DNA from: a virus
Lineage: Duplodnaviria > Caudoviricetes
Length of the DNA stretch: 34,179 nucleotides
Direction: 5' to 3' (one strand)
Virus record (IMG/VR): IMGVR_UViG_3300025270_000040
Span: 1 to 34,179 of that record
Shown here: piece by piece, positions 24,218 through 34,178 of the stretch
Position numbering within the stretch: position 1 is the first letter of the stretch
Layout of the letters: every line of letters begins with the position of its first letter
Notes under the pieces: model-generated
The model's database searches: none
What the model was told of the DNA's origin: nothing
What the model saw: only the letters and a program-made list of their open reading frames with translations
Program-made: the position numbers and the translations under genes

Positions 24218-24904
24218 TTATTTGAGCCAGCCAAGAATTTTCTTGCCCACTTTATCGACCACGGCAACACCTTGAGTCAGTACCTTTGGGGGCTTATCGG
24301 CTATCCCGAAAGTCGCTCCTTCAGTAAAGCCCTTGGCAAACGCCTTGTCCGCCGAGGTGGGCTTTTCCAGATCCTCAACCGTCTTGGGGTTGATCGTTAC
24401 TTCAGCACCAAAGGCCATGTGCGGGACAACGCCAGATGTGGAGATTTTCAGATGCAAGTCGCCGTCCTTGTCGTACCAGACTCCTGCATCCATGCTGACA
24501 CCATCGCCTACGCCGCCTGTAGGTCCGGCCCAAACTTTCGCCTGGTTGCCGTCAGGATTCACATAGCTCCACTTCATTACGTTGGAAACTGTGACTCCGA
24601 TATGGGCGCTGACGCTAACCTCAAGACCTCTGCCATCGTGGGTGTCCACATCACCGCTGACACCCTGCTCTTCGTTGACCGTCGTTACATCACAGACATT
24701 GTCGAAGTTCCACTTGTCTGTATATGACCACTTCTTTCCTGATTCTTTTTTGAAGTAGTAGTTACCCTTGGCATCAACGAAGAAAACATCTTCATCCTTG
24801 GAGTTGCTGACGTAGTACCCAGCGGGAACCTTTTGTCCTGTGGTCATGTTATTTTTTTGGCATCCGACAGTAGAAACAGACTTACTGTAATTGCTCATTT
24901 TCAC
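24218..24904 (-). CDS. Hypothetical Gly/Val-rich beta protein with amphipathic C-terminus (start may be 24847)
   Basis: Long ORF in operon orientation; family not recognised. Confidence 0.65.
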   Translation of the reverse strand: MKMSNYSKSVSTVGCQKNNMTTGQKVPAGYYVSNSKDEDVFFVDAKGNYYFKKESGKKWSYTDKWNFDNVCDVTTVNEEQGVSGDVDTHDGRGLEVSVSAHIGVTVSNVMKWSYVNPDGNQAKVWAGPTGGVGDGVSMDAGVWYDKDGDLHLKISTSGVVPHMAFGAEVTINPKTVEDLEKPTSADKAFAKGFTEGATFGIADKPPKVLTQGVAVVDKVGKKILGWLK

Positions 24905-27900
24905 CTGTTAAAGAAAAGGTAATTCCATCATTAGAAAGTCGTCTGACTATTTCTGGGTTTACATCCTCTGTTAACGGAATATCACCATACAAATCAGGAT
25001 GATCTTTCTGTAAATTCAAAATCTGTTCTCTTTGCGAACGAGATAGGATAGATCCTAATTGTATTCTTAACACATCTCTGGCATAGCCTCTGGTATTGTT
25101 TATTGTTTGTCTAAAAACTTCTTTTTGCTCGTATGATGAAGCGTTTTTATATCCTGGGGTTTGTATTGTTTCAGATAAAATCCTATGGGCTAACTGACCC
25201 GATCTTGCTTGATACTCCAAATACAAATCAGTAGGTATTTCCTCTCCATCAAGACTCCTCTGAGGAAGTGCAGGCCAATAATTTTGCCCTTCATCCATGG
25301 ACAGTCTGACCAACTCATCAGAAACCGGGTCTTCTCTGGAAAAAGAAGAATAAATAGGAGAGATAAAATCTGGGCCGAGACCTCCCGTCAATAAGATCGG
25401 CTCCCCCCAGAGATTGCGCCTTGCAGGAACGTCTTGAGAATAACCTGGAATCCTAGATTTAATACGATCCAAAGCCGTTCTTGTGTCTCTCAACATAGGG
25501 TCCATATTTTGCGCTGTTTGAGCAAAAAATGTCGGCACTAAAGTCCCTAACTGATTATTATAATAAGTGGAAAAGAACCTGTCAGGTTCGTTAATAGCCT
25601 CCATAAAATCTGATATTCCCTTGAAAAAGGTTTTGTTCAGAAGGTTCTGAGAAACAGAAGCTGACAACATAGCTGCTAATTCTTCTTTTTCTCCACCAGA
25701 TATTTCTCCAAAAATGTCTGCGCTGTCAGCAGCTAGCCCAAACAAAATTCCTAATGGCTCAACACGGTTATACGCTAAATACCGAGTTCTCCCGTCTTCC
25801 TGTTCTATAGCAAATGAATAAGGTTGCCAGCCTGTCTCTCTAAGCCTTGCTCTAGCAGTCGAATCAGAAGGGCCAGAACCAGTTACTTTGCCCTGAGAAG
25901 CCATATACATAATCCCTGCCATAGCCGAGCTTCCTAGAGCCATGCGGCCCATTGCCTCATCTCTGGCTATACCTGTTCCAGCTTTGTAATCTGAAGAAAA
26001 GCGCCCCAGAAGCGTTCTTCGGCCTGCATATTTCAAAATGTTCAAAGGAGTCCTAATAAAAGGCATTAGAATTCTAGCTAGCGGAGCATCTGCTGCAATT
26101 CCTTGAAATTTGCTACCTAAAGAGCCGAGCGGTTTTGTAAAGGTTCGATCCCGAGCGACATCCATTGCCTGCAAATCTAGTTTTTTCGGCGGATTATCAA
26201 TAATGTTTTGATAATGCTCTGCAAACTTTCTTGGGTTCTTTACCGGGTCAAGGCCCGCTCTAATCGCATCCCTGTAAGCCAGGGAATTAAGCTGCATTCG
26301 ATACCCTATGCCCTTAAAAAACTCATCTGAAGTCATTAAGAGCCTGCCAGGAATCCTGATGATTTGACCCTTAACCCCTTTGATAGAAGACTGCCTTCTC
26401 CCTTCTAATTTAGAAAACAAATCAGAAGGCTCTCCAGTTATCAATGTTTGTTTGGCTAAACGATACCCATCTCGTATTCCTGAAAGCAGAGAAAGAGCAT
26501 GAGCATTCGCCTCGCCAAAAGTAATTCTTTTTGTTTTGTCAGCACCCCTTAAAGCGCCCCATCCAGCCGCCAAGTATTTTTCTGGAATAGATGTTAATTG
26601 AGTCAAAGTATTAGAAAGAAAATTAACAGCATGAGTTTTGTACCCTGACAGCAAGCCATTGATCCAATACTCCAAGAACTTATCGGTCATTGTTGGGTCA
26701 TTTGCAGCCTTTGTAACCTTATTAAAGTTAGCCAGGTCATTTGGCTCCATAATTGAGATTCTATCTGCTAGATCTCTGAGGCTTTTTCTCCCTCCAGCAG
26801 AAGACAAAGTTTCATCTATAGCCATTCCAGGCATAAATCTGAATTGTCTCAAAGCTCGTCCTGCTTCCGCAGCCAATCCCGCAACTTGCCCCTGAATTCC
26901 AACATGAACATTAAGAGCGTCTTTTAACGACAGAAAATCCGTATCTGCACCGCTTCTTGATGCGTCTATAGCTGCATTACGCACCCTGGTAGCTGAAGCT
27001 AGCATCAACTGCCTTGCTGCAAGTATCTTTTCTGCGCTCCATAATTCTCCAGGTCTTCTAGAAAGCAAGTCCTCAACAGACATATTAAGATCAGAAGCTA
27101 ATTGGACTAACTGTTCATCCTTTACAACGCCACGCCGATGCCCTTCAAGAAGATCCTCAAAACGATCTGCCGTTGCCTCAATAACACTCTCAATATCACC
27201 AGAAGTTTCAATTCTGTCTAGGTTGATATTTCCTGCATATCTTGGCGGTTTTGTTTTAACAACCTGAGAACCAGGAGTTAGAGAAACAGGCACATCTTCA
27301 ATGTTCTCGGCAGCTTGATCTGCCACTAAACGTCTGGCAGTCTGTTCTACGTTAGCCTCATCGATTTCATCTATTTTAGATGCAGTCGCCTCAGGGTCTA
27401 ATTTTCCTCCGTTAGATAGAACCTCATCCGGCAACGGAGCTTCTTCTGTTCTTGGCAAATTTGACAAAGCCTCATCAGCATCACTCAACCCTTCTTCTAC
27501 CTGACCTCTTTTTAACCGTACAAGAGATTTAATTGACTGAACAACTCCTGCTGAAGCAGCGCCAATACCAATATCCTCTAAGGCAAGTTTGAATCTAGCC
27601 TCCGCAACAGAATCATCTGGGTCTGCCTGCAAGTATTCAGTCACAGGATTTTCCAATGCTGGAACCGACTGAATTAGATCAGACAGCTTCTCATCAAAAG
27701 GATCAAAAACAGCCTGACCTGTTAATACCGCGCCTGCCTCCATCTTCATTGCGGTGCCAAGAGCTGTTTTACCTCGTCCTAGTATTTTCAGAGAACCAAG
27801 AAAAGGTACAAAAAATTGTGTCGCTGTTCTAACTAGCTGTCCTGCCCCCGTCTTTGCGGGGGCTACTTCAGGTAATTCGACATCTGATATGTCGGCGGCA

Positions 27901-28343
27901 TGACCCTGTTGCCTTAAAATTTCTAAGTGTTGCCTGTATTCTGGGCCAGAAAGATAATTAGGCAAAGTCATTTTGTTTTGTTCGTCTACCCAAGTTATCC
28001 CGCCAACATCAGGCATTTTTTTCTCTAGCCAACCTGCCACATCATCGAACAGCAAATCAAGGGAATTCTGAGTTGCATCACGAATGCCGCCTACCATCTG
28101 CGGGATAAACTCTTTTTTCAACTCAAATTCTTCTTCTGAAAGAGGAGCTACCTCTGAAGGTTCCTCTGAAGGAAGAATCGGCCTTGTTACAGCTTCAGGA
28201 TTTTGACGCAGAAGATTATTTCGGGTATTCAAACTAATTTGCTGTTGCTCCAGAGCCATCATAATCGTTCTGGATTCCTCTGGAGTCGGCACATCTCCTG
28301 CTATCTCAACATTGCCAAGACCCTCAACTCTGATTATCCCCAT
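24882..28343 (-). CDS. Large internal virion/DNA-ejection protein
   Basis: 1153 aa, helical; NINL, PFIRTP.NI, GWQPYSF, EPLG…AAD motifs resemble podovirus large core proteins; last and largest of three adjacent core-like genes. Confidence 0.7.
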   Translation of the reverse strand: MGIIRVEGLGNVEIAGDVPTPEESRTIMMALEQQQISLNTRNNLLRQNPEAVTRPILPSEEPSEVAPLSEEEFELKKEFIPQMVGGIRDATQNSLDLLFDDVAGWLEKKMPDVGGITWVDEQNKMTLPNYLSGPEYRQHLEILRQQGHAADISDVELPEVAPAKTGAGQLVRTATQFFVPFLGSLKILGRGKTALGTAMKMEAGAVLTGQAVFDPFDEKLSDLIQSVPALENPVTEYLQADPDDSVAEARFKLALEDIGIGAASAGVVQSIKSLVRLKRGQVEEGLSDADEALSNLPRTEEAPLPDEVLSNGGKLDPEATASKIDEIDEANVEQTARRLVADQAAENIEDVPVSLTPGSQVVKTKPPRYAGNINLDRIETSGDIESVIEATADRFEDLLEGHRRGVVKDEQLVQLASDLNMSVEDLLSRRPGELWSAEKILAARQLMLASATRVRNAAIDASRSGADTDFLSLKDALNVHVGIQGQVAGLAAEAGRALRQFRFMPGMAIDETLSSAGGRKSLRDLADRISIMEPNDLANFNKVTKAANDPTMTDKFLEYWINGLLSGYKTHAVNFLSNTLTQLTSIPEKYLAAGWGALRGADKTKRITFGEANAHALSLLSGIRDGYRLAKQTLITGEPSDLFSKLEGRRQSSIKGVKGQIIRIPGRLLMTSDEFFKGIGYRMQLNSLAYRDAIRAGLDPVKNPRKFAEHYQNIIDNPPKKLDLQAMDVARDRTFTKPLGSLGSKFQGIAADAPLARILMPFIRTPLNILKYAGRRTLLGRFSSDYKAGTGIARDEAMGRMALGSSAMAGIMYMASQGKVTGSGPSDSTARARLRETGWQPYSFAIEQEDGRTRYLAYNRVEPLGILFGLAADSADIFGEISGGEKEELAAMLSASVSQNLLNKTFFKGISDFMEAINEPDRFFSTYYNNQLGTLVPTFFAQTAQNMDPMLRDTRTALDRIKSRIPGYSQDVPARRNLWGEPILLTGGLGPDFISPIYSSFSREDPVSDELVRLSMDEGQNYWPALPQRSLDGEEIPTDLYLEYQARSGQLAHRILSETIQTPGYKNASSYEQKEVFRQTINNTRGYARDVLRIQLGSILSRSQREQILNLQKDHPDLYGDIPLTEDVNPEIVRRLSNDGITFSLTGENEQLQ

Positions 28344-28360
28344 CTATCACCACCAAATGC

Positions 28361-30604
28361 TTACGGTACATTTTCCCCGGAACCAAGAACACTCCGACCC
28401 CGAAGCATCTGAGCAAGAAAATCAAGTTGCAGATAGTCATCGTATACTTCTCGCTGTCCTGGGGTTAGCGCTATACCAGACGATATTTTCTGCATAATTG
28501 GGCCTATAACAGCGGCTTGACGCTCACTCATTGACCCGACATCTGAAACTAATTTATTTGCTCTTCTTTGCAACAGACGATATTCTTCAGAATCTTCCTG
28601 CCCCGCTCTTTCAAGTCCAGCCATAGACGCAAGTGTTTTCTGGAGTTCTGATTGAGCTTGTGGCGTCAATGGTTTAGGTATAGCAGAAAGTTGTGCGCCA
28701 GCAATGGACACATCTCTTGTCAAATCAGCTATTTCTGCTTCAGAAGCCCCTCTTAACTCAGCTAACCGCAAAGCAGTGACAGCATTTCTTTGCTCTTTGT
28801 TCATCTCTGTTATTGTGTCTAAGCCTTCTTTCGCTCCTTTTGCAAAGCCCTCTCCACTTGCTATAGAAGCACCGATACTTGTTAAAGCTGTTGCAAGTTT
28901 GTCGTCTTCGGTATCAGAAGCAATATCTATAAGTTCACTGTAATCTGGAACAGTAGTTTTCTTTCCATACAAATCACCCAACTTGTCTAAATATGTCTGC
29001 AAAATATCGCCTTTAGGAGCGGCAAGCATATTATGACCATCATCATCACCATTATCTCCATTCGAGCCATTATCTCCATTCGAGGAGTCATCAGAAAAAT
29101 CACCAGAAATTTCCCTTAGTTCATCAATGGTAAATTCACTCTCTGTCGAATCAGGTCTTGCATCATCAAGAGAACCTGTAATATCAGACGTGCCCAAAAG
29201 AACATCAGCCATAAAAGGGGAAAGACGAGTCGTATCTGGTGCTGCCTCAAAGTTTTGATTGCTTTGGAATGCCCGTATTAGTTCAGCATGTTCTGGATTT
29301 ACTTCTTCATCAGGATTGTCCTGATAATAATTTTGAAGCCTTCTTCCTATATCATTCATAGATACAAAATCATTAGTCTCTACTCTAGGAACAGGACCCA
29401 TATCCTGCATCCTGACAATCCCACCAGAGGCATTCCCTTCAGGAGCATTTTCTTCTAAAAACTCTATTGCCCTTTGAGCGCTAGTAGTGGGAGATACGTT
29501 TTCTGCTTCACTAGCCTCTACTGATCTAATTACATCGCCTGATCTAATTACATCGCCTCTATTTGAATAACGCTCATAGGCTGGATATCCGCCTAATCCA
29601 ATAACCCCTGCTCTCTGTAGTATTTGCGGATTATTTCTGAAAAAATCTGCCACAATACCTGTGACTCTCTTCGGTAATAATCCTTCTTTGAAAATTCTTT
29701 CAGCTTGTTTGAAAGTCCCAGAAACTTTAGGAGCAACACTACCTGCCAAAGACATAAGAGGTTTTCTAAAAAAAACGCTTGGCGATAATGTCATAATCCC
29801 CGCTTCTAAACCCTTAGCACCCAGATACCTAGATAGACCTTCCGTATCTATATTTCCTTCTTCGTCAGTGAAACGGTTTTCAAGAGCGCGCATTTCTTCG
29901 CGTCCAGCCTCATGCTTCTTTCTATACCATTCAGGAACGTCCTCACTGCTTACTGTTCTACCAAAACTTAATGGAATCTCATAAGGAACAGACTCTCCTT
30001 CCTGCATCCTGACTACACCACCCCCAGCCATCGGTAAGACGGAAGGGATACCCATATTGGTTGCATTCGCCATTGCCTCCTGCTGCATAGGGCCAACATC
30101 ATAAAGACTCTCTGGGCTGAACTTTGCAGCATCTTCGATAATCGCATTTGGAATTTGCCCTCCACCAGCCATTCTCAGATAAGGCATCCTTCCGCCTCCT
30201 GCCGCCATCATTTGCGGCGGAGGGGCCATAGGAGAGGCTTGAGCAGCCATCATCTCTGGAGGCATCTGAGGTGGCATCTGGGGTGGAGGCATCATCTCTG
30301 GCGGCATCTGGGGTGGCGGCATCTGAGGTGGCATAGCCCCCATAGGAGCCTGTGGAGGCATCTGCGGTGGTAACGCAGCGATACCCTGTGGTGGTGCGGC
30401 TTCAGAAACAATTTGTTCTGCCACTGTCTGCTGTGGTTGTTCTTCCTCTGCCGCAAAACGATCCCGCATATTCTTTCGACGCTGAATCTCTGAAATAACC
30501 AAGAACTGCGGCATTATTCCCGAAGGAGCCTGGGCCTCCTGCAAGAGAACATCGTCAGGAGCGCCTTTTACGACATCTTCCTGCTCAAGAATGTTCATCA
30601 TCAT
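28361..30604 (-). CDS. Putative internal virion protein with Pro/Met/Gln-rich region and repeated (M/N)AxGG motifs
   Basis: Low-complexity PPQM repeats; lies between the pilot-like and the large core protein. Confidence 0.6.
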   Translation of the reverse strand: MMMNILEQEDVVKGAPDDVLLQEAQAPSGIMPQFLVISEIQRRKNMRDRFAAEEEQPQQTVAEQIVSEAAPPQGIAALPPQMPPQAPMGAMPPQMPPPQMPPEMMPPPQMPPQMPPEMMAAQASPMAPPPQMMAAGGGRMPYLRMAGGGQIPNAIIEDAAKFSPESLYDVGPMQQEAMANATNMGIPSVLPMAGGGVVRMQEGESVPYEIPLSFGRTVSSEDVPEWYRKKHEAGREEMRALENRFTDEEGNIDTEGLSRYLGAKGLEAGIMTLSPSVFFRKPLMSLAGSVAPKVSGTFKQAERIFKEGLLPKRVTGIVADFFRNNPQILQRAGVIGLGGYPAYERYSNRGDVIRSGDVIRSVEASEAENVSPTTSAQRAIEFLEENAPEGNASGGIVRMQDMGPVPRVETNDFVSMNDIGRRLQNYYQDNPDEEVNPEHAELIRAFQSNQNFEAAPDTTRLSPFMADVLLGTSDITGSLDDARPDSTESEFTIDELREISGDFSDDSSNGDNGSNGDNGDDDGHNMLAAPKGDILQTYLDKLGDLYGKKTTVPDYSELIDIASDTEDDKLATALTSIGASIASGEGFAKGAKEGLDTITEMNKEQRNAVTALRLAELRGASEAEIADLTRDVSIAGAQLSAIPKPLTPQAQSELQKTLASMAGLERAGQEDSEEYRLLQRRANKLVSDVGSMSERQAAVIGPIMQKISSGIALTPGQREVYDDYLQLDFLAQMLRGRSVLGSGENVP

Positions 30605-30607
30605 AAT

Positions 30608-32419
30608 TTAGCCCCCTCTCAGACCACGGTATAAGCCAACACCGGCAATACCGCTACCCAGCATTCTTTCGATTGAACTAGGCCCACCAAAAGTCGCTTG
30701 AGTTGTCCCAGGCTGAATCGGTAATCCACGGAGAATCTGGTTATAAAAAGCCACCTGCTCACGCGGATAGGCTTGCTGTCTCAAGAAATCCTGATAGCCC
30801 ATCGTTAAGCCCTGCTGCGACAACTGTCTCTGCATTTCTCCTGCGGCTTGCATATTCTTCAACCGCTCGTAAGCCATCTGTTGTTCCTGTGAACCATAAC
30901 CGCCTAATTGCTGCGCTGCTCGAAGTTGTTGATCTCTAGTAGCTTGGTCAAAACCCAAACCCCTAATCCCTAACTCCGCCGCGGCTCTTTGCTGCTGAAT
31001 ATTGAACTGCTGCGCGCCCATTCTGGCTTGATTTTCAGCTTGACGACCTCTGTCTTCGATCTCTTGGGCCGACATACCCATTCTTCCCGCCTGCTGTCGA
31101 GCCGATTCTCCTGCTTGATAGACGCTTAAATCTGCCTGTTGTTGCTGCTGACGCAATTGCTCATTAGTTGCAAACTGCTGCTGACCAAACCGTTCCTGCG
31201 CCTGACGAGCAGCATCTTCCTGTTGTTGAGCCGTAAGACCCATAGCGCCAGCTTGCTGCCTAGCCTGCTCTCCTGCCTGGTAGACACTTAATCTCGCCTG
31301 TTGTTCTGCCTGTCTAGCCCGATCTTCTGCTTGCTGGGCAGTAAGCCCCATTGCTCCGGCCTGTTGTCTTGCCCGCTCTCCGGCCTGATAAACGCCTAAT
31401 TCTGCCTGCTGCTGTTGCTGACGCAGTTGTTCGTTAGTCATAAACTGCTGCTGACCAAAACGCTCTCCTGCCTGCAAAGCCTGCTCTCTGGCTTGTCCTG
31501 TCTGTAATCCAAGCTGCCCTGCCTGCAACCTTGCAGCGCGATCTGCCTCAAATGCCTGCTGTGCCTGCTGAAAAGCTAACTGACTGCCCCTAGACTGAAT
31601 ATCGCCTAGCTGCTGACCAAGATTGCGCTCACGCTCGGCCTGCATAATGGCCTCTCGATAACCACCCATACCGCCGGTCTGCGCTGCCTGTTGCCCTATC
31701 TGGCTTCCTGCTATGTCTGATTCTCGCCTCGCCTCACGCTTCTCAATATCCGTAACCATCTGCTGATACGGACTCATGTATCTTTCAAGCGTCTGGGGAT
31801 CGGCAACCGTACCCGGGGAGAATCCGGGGCCAAACTGTTGAATTCCAAATCCCGGTTGTCCAGTGTACCCAACCATTCTCTGGTCCGCTCGATAGTCTTG
31901 CGATATGTCTCCAGCCTGATATCCGGGGTCAAATGGTCCGGCCTCATACCCCTGAGAAATATCTCCAGCCTGATATCCTGGGTCAAATGGCCCTGCTTGA
32001 TATTCAGCGCCTCGCTGACCAGCTTGATAACCTTGACCGATATCTCCAGCCTGATAACCGGGGTCTATCTGAGGGCCAGTATATTGAGAAATAATAGGTT
32101 GTGGCTGAAACTCCCTCGCCATAGACAGCCCCTGACCTACAGGCTGATAACCGATTCTTGAGGCAATATCAGAGGCTTGTCTCATTTGATACGGCGTTCC
32201 AGCAGCAGCCATCTCCGTCATGCCCTGCATGGACATTCTTTCTTCCGGCGTGAAATCAGCAATTCTTTGGCCTGGAAACGCCTCATACGGGCGCATGGTT
32301 TCATAGGCAGTCCGCTCTAATGCCCTTCTGAAATATGGTTCCGCATACTCAGGAAGATTACTCGTTACCTGAGTAACTTCTTGGGGACCAGATGGCCTGC
32401 CTCCGCTCTTACCGCCCAT
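30608..32419 (-). CDS. Gln/Ala/Gly-rich DNA-transfer (pilot/ejection)-like protein with internal repeats
   Basis: MGGKSGG start, LPEYAEPY, YMSPYQQ.V, YQDFLRQQ.YP, Gly-rich hydrophobic C-terminus; PGYQAGDI and VYQAGE.ARQQAG repeats. Confidence 0.7.
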   Translation of the reverse strand: MGGKSGGRPSGPQEVTQVTSNLPEYAEPYFRRALERTAYETMRPYEAFPGQRIADFTPEERMSMQGMTEMAAAGTPYQMRQASDIASRIGYQPVGQGLSMAREFQPQPIISQYTGPQIDPGYQAGDIGQGYQAGQRGAEYQAGPFDPGYQAGDISQGYEAGPFDPGYQAGDISQDYRADQRMVGYTGQPGFGIQQFGPGFSPGTVADPQTLERYMSPYQQMVTDIEKREARRESDIAGSQIGQQAAQTGGMGGYREAIMQAERERNLGQQLGDIQSRGSQLAFQQAQQAFEADRAARLQAGQLGLQTGQAREQALQAGERFGQQQFMTNEQLRQQQQQAELGVYQAGERARQQAGAMGLTAQQAEDRARQAEQQARLSVYQAGEQARQQAGAMGLTAQQQEDAARQAQERFGQQQFATNEQLRQQQQQADLSVYQAGESARQQAGRMGMSAQEIEDRGRQAENQARMGAQQFNIQQQRAAAELGIRGLGFDQATRDQQLRAAQQLGGYGSQEQQMAYERLKNMQAAGEMQRQLSQQGLTMGYQDFLRQQAYPREQVAFYNQILRGLPIQPGTTQATFGGPSSIERMLGSGIAGVGLYRGLRGG

Positions 32420-32421
32420 AA

Positions 32422-32928
32422 TTAAACCTCTTTCTCATAAGTTGTATACGACCGGATAAACCCATCTTGTTCTAACCATTTCCAGAACCCATGCCTTGCC
32501 GTGCCTTCGATGCCATCGCACTCGTTATCTATCGCCCAAGAATTAAAGCGTTCCAGCATATCCCAGACCCAGCCATTGAAGTTCTTCCCCCCCAAATACT
32601 GCATAGCCAGCATCTTTTTCTTCGGGTAAAAAACGAACTCAGTAGTCCCTACGCCTTCAATGATATTGTCCTCATTAAAGGCCACCCAAAGGTTCTGCTC
32701 CATCTTACGCACAGACTCATACAACGACTGCATATCCCATCGACCGTGTGATCTAGCTATGGCTGGGGCCAAGTGCTTTTCCACATCATCCCAAAGCGTA
32801 TGAACGTAGTTGGGAGGAATCAAAGCTATCGTGTGTGTAACTTTCCGTGGCGCATTCTGCGACCGAACCCTCGGCTCACTGGAGATATCCTTGATGACAA
32901 TATCTTCTTTTAATGCAGGTTGGTTCAT
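32422..32928 (-). CDS. Podovirus morphogenesis-region protein, possible GNAT-like fold
   Basis: W..V…L, LW, YP.K, GG.N..W, IEG.AR.G.W..L…GF pattern directly before the ejection genes. Confidence 0.55.
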   Translation of the reverse strand: MNQPALKEDIVIKDISSEPRVRSQNAPRKVTHTIALIPPNYVHTLWDDVEKHLAPAIARSHGRWDMQSLYESVRKMEQNLWVAFNEDNIIEGVGTTEFVFYPKKKMLAMQYLGGKNFNGWVWDMLERFNSWAIDNECDGIEGTARHGFWKWLEQDGFIRSYTTYEKEV

Positions 32929-34178
32929 ACGGGCATTGCTCCGCGTGGGTTAATAGCCGGGGGCTGTCCCGTTCTTCCTGTTCTTGCTTGACGAATATCC
33001 GCCATCATCCTATCAAGCTCACCCGCTCCGGCGTCACTACTGCCGTTACCGATTCCAGAAACCACATCGGCTGGAACAATAAACTCACCAGGAGAAACAG
33101 CAACTCTCTGCTGATCCCCAATCATGCCCTGTACTTGATCGCTCATCCCATCGCCCTGACCTTGTATTAAACCCTCCGTTTGAGCACCAGGCTCTACTGA
33201 AGCCAACACCTGTTGCCGTAACATTTGGAACGCTTCTGGGCCAAACTGCTGGATAAATGCCTGAATGATTGCATCAGCTTCTTCTTGAGGAACCTGACCT
33301 AAAACCGCCATAGCTGTTTGCTCCACCAACTGAACCGTGGCTGGGTCCATTCCGGCTGTGGGATCCATCATGGCTGGATCCATTGGCGCAGCCATCGCTG
33401 GGTCAACAGGCATTTGAGCTTCAGGAGATTGCCCAATTAACTCGGTTATCCCACCACCTTGGTAGCCTCGAATCTCTTTTCTAAGCTCCTCCCACTCCCT
33501 TAAATCGTACCTATAATCTGCCCTATCTTCGTCATCATAATCCCGACGATTCGGCTTCAAAGCATTAAGCTCCTTGATGGTCATAGCAGGCTTTTCAGGA
33601 GTTCGAGTTGCTGCTGAAACTCTAGTAGGCGCTACTACCGGAGCAGGAGGAGGAATTGGCGGAGCCAACTGTGGCGGAGGCGGAGGCGGAGCTGGTGGCA
33701 ACGGCTGCATTACCGGCGGGGGCGGGGCTGGTGGCATTTCCAGTCCGCCACCGGCCAGCCTATCGTGCCATCGGGCATTCTGTTCAGCAAGTTCTTCTTC
33801 GCTATAATCAGCCCTTTGACGAGGCGGCGGCATAGGTGGTGCCGGTGGCAACGGCTGTGGCTGCATTACCGGCGGCTGCATCTGCGGCGGAGGCATGGGC
33901 GGTGGCATAGGTGGTGCCATCACAGGAGGAGGTGGTGGTGGCAATGGCTGCGGCATCTGAGGTATAGGCTGAGGCGTCTGCATGGGCTGCGGCAATCCTA
34001 TTCCGGGCCTTGGAGTAATGTTTGGTGGCAAGGGCTGTCGCTCGATCACAGGTGGCGGAGGCTGCATTACCGGAGGTGGTGGAACTACCGCTGGTTGAGC
34101 CTGAGACTCCCTCCAATCTCTTAAATCATCCCGATAATCACTTCCTTCTTCTTCGCCGTAATCACCTCTAACCGGCCT
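32925..34178 (-). CDS. Pro-rich putative virion protein, 5'-truncated by the window edge
   Basis: Frame stays open from 34178 (RPVRGDYGEEEGSDYRDDLRDW…); C-terminal GDGMSD…SPGEFIVPADVVSGIGNGSSDAGA domain. Confidence 0.75.
   Translation of the reverse strand, partial: RPVRGDYGEEEGSDYRDDLRDWRESQAQPAVVPPPPVMQPPPPVIERQPLPPNITPRPGIGLPQPMQTPQPIPQMPQPLPPPPPPVMAPPMPPPMPPPQMQPPVMQPQPLPPAPPMPPPRQRADYSEEELAEQNARWHDRLAGGGLEMPPAPPPPVMQPLPPAPPPPPPQLAPPIPPPAPVVAPTRVSAATRTPEKPAMTIKELNALKPNRRDYDDEDRADYRYDLREWEELRKEIRGYQGGGITELIGQSPEAQMPVDPAMAAPMDPAMMDPTAGMDPATVQLVEQTAMAVLGQVPQEEADAIIQAFIQQFGPEAFQMLRQQVLASVEPGAQTEGLIQGQGDGMSDQVQGMIGDQQRVAVSPGEFIVPADVVSGIGNGSSDAGAGELDRMMADIRQARTGRTGQPPAINPRGAMPV

Noticed and set aside
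24088-24270. Small Cys-rich membrane peptide gene
   Set aside because: Fills a gap and could be real from a later start, but start and RBS are unclear, so it is not called.
29048-29560. 18-bp in-frame duplications (SNGDNG x2, GDVIRS x2), also the 12-bp NDDK x2 near 4519
   Set aside because: Ordinary slippage in low-complexity coding regions.
164-34124. Many opposite-strand or nested ORFs in the track (e.g. 309..800, 1406..1960, 3389..3739, 16488..16901, 24194..24727, 33765..34124)
   Set aside because: Shadows of well-supported genes or read-through of repeats; no recognisable motifs.
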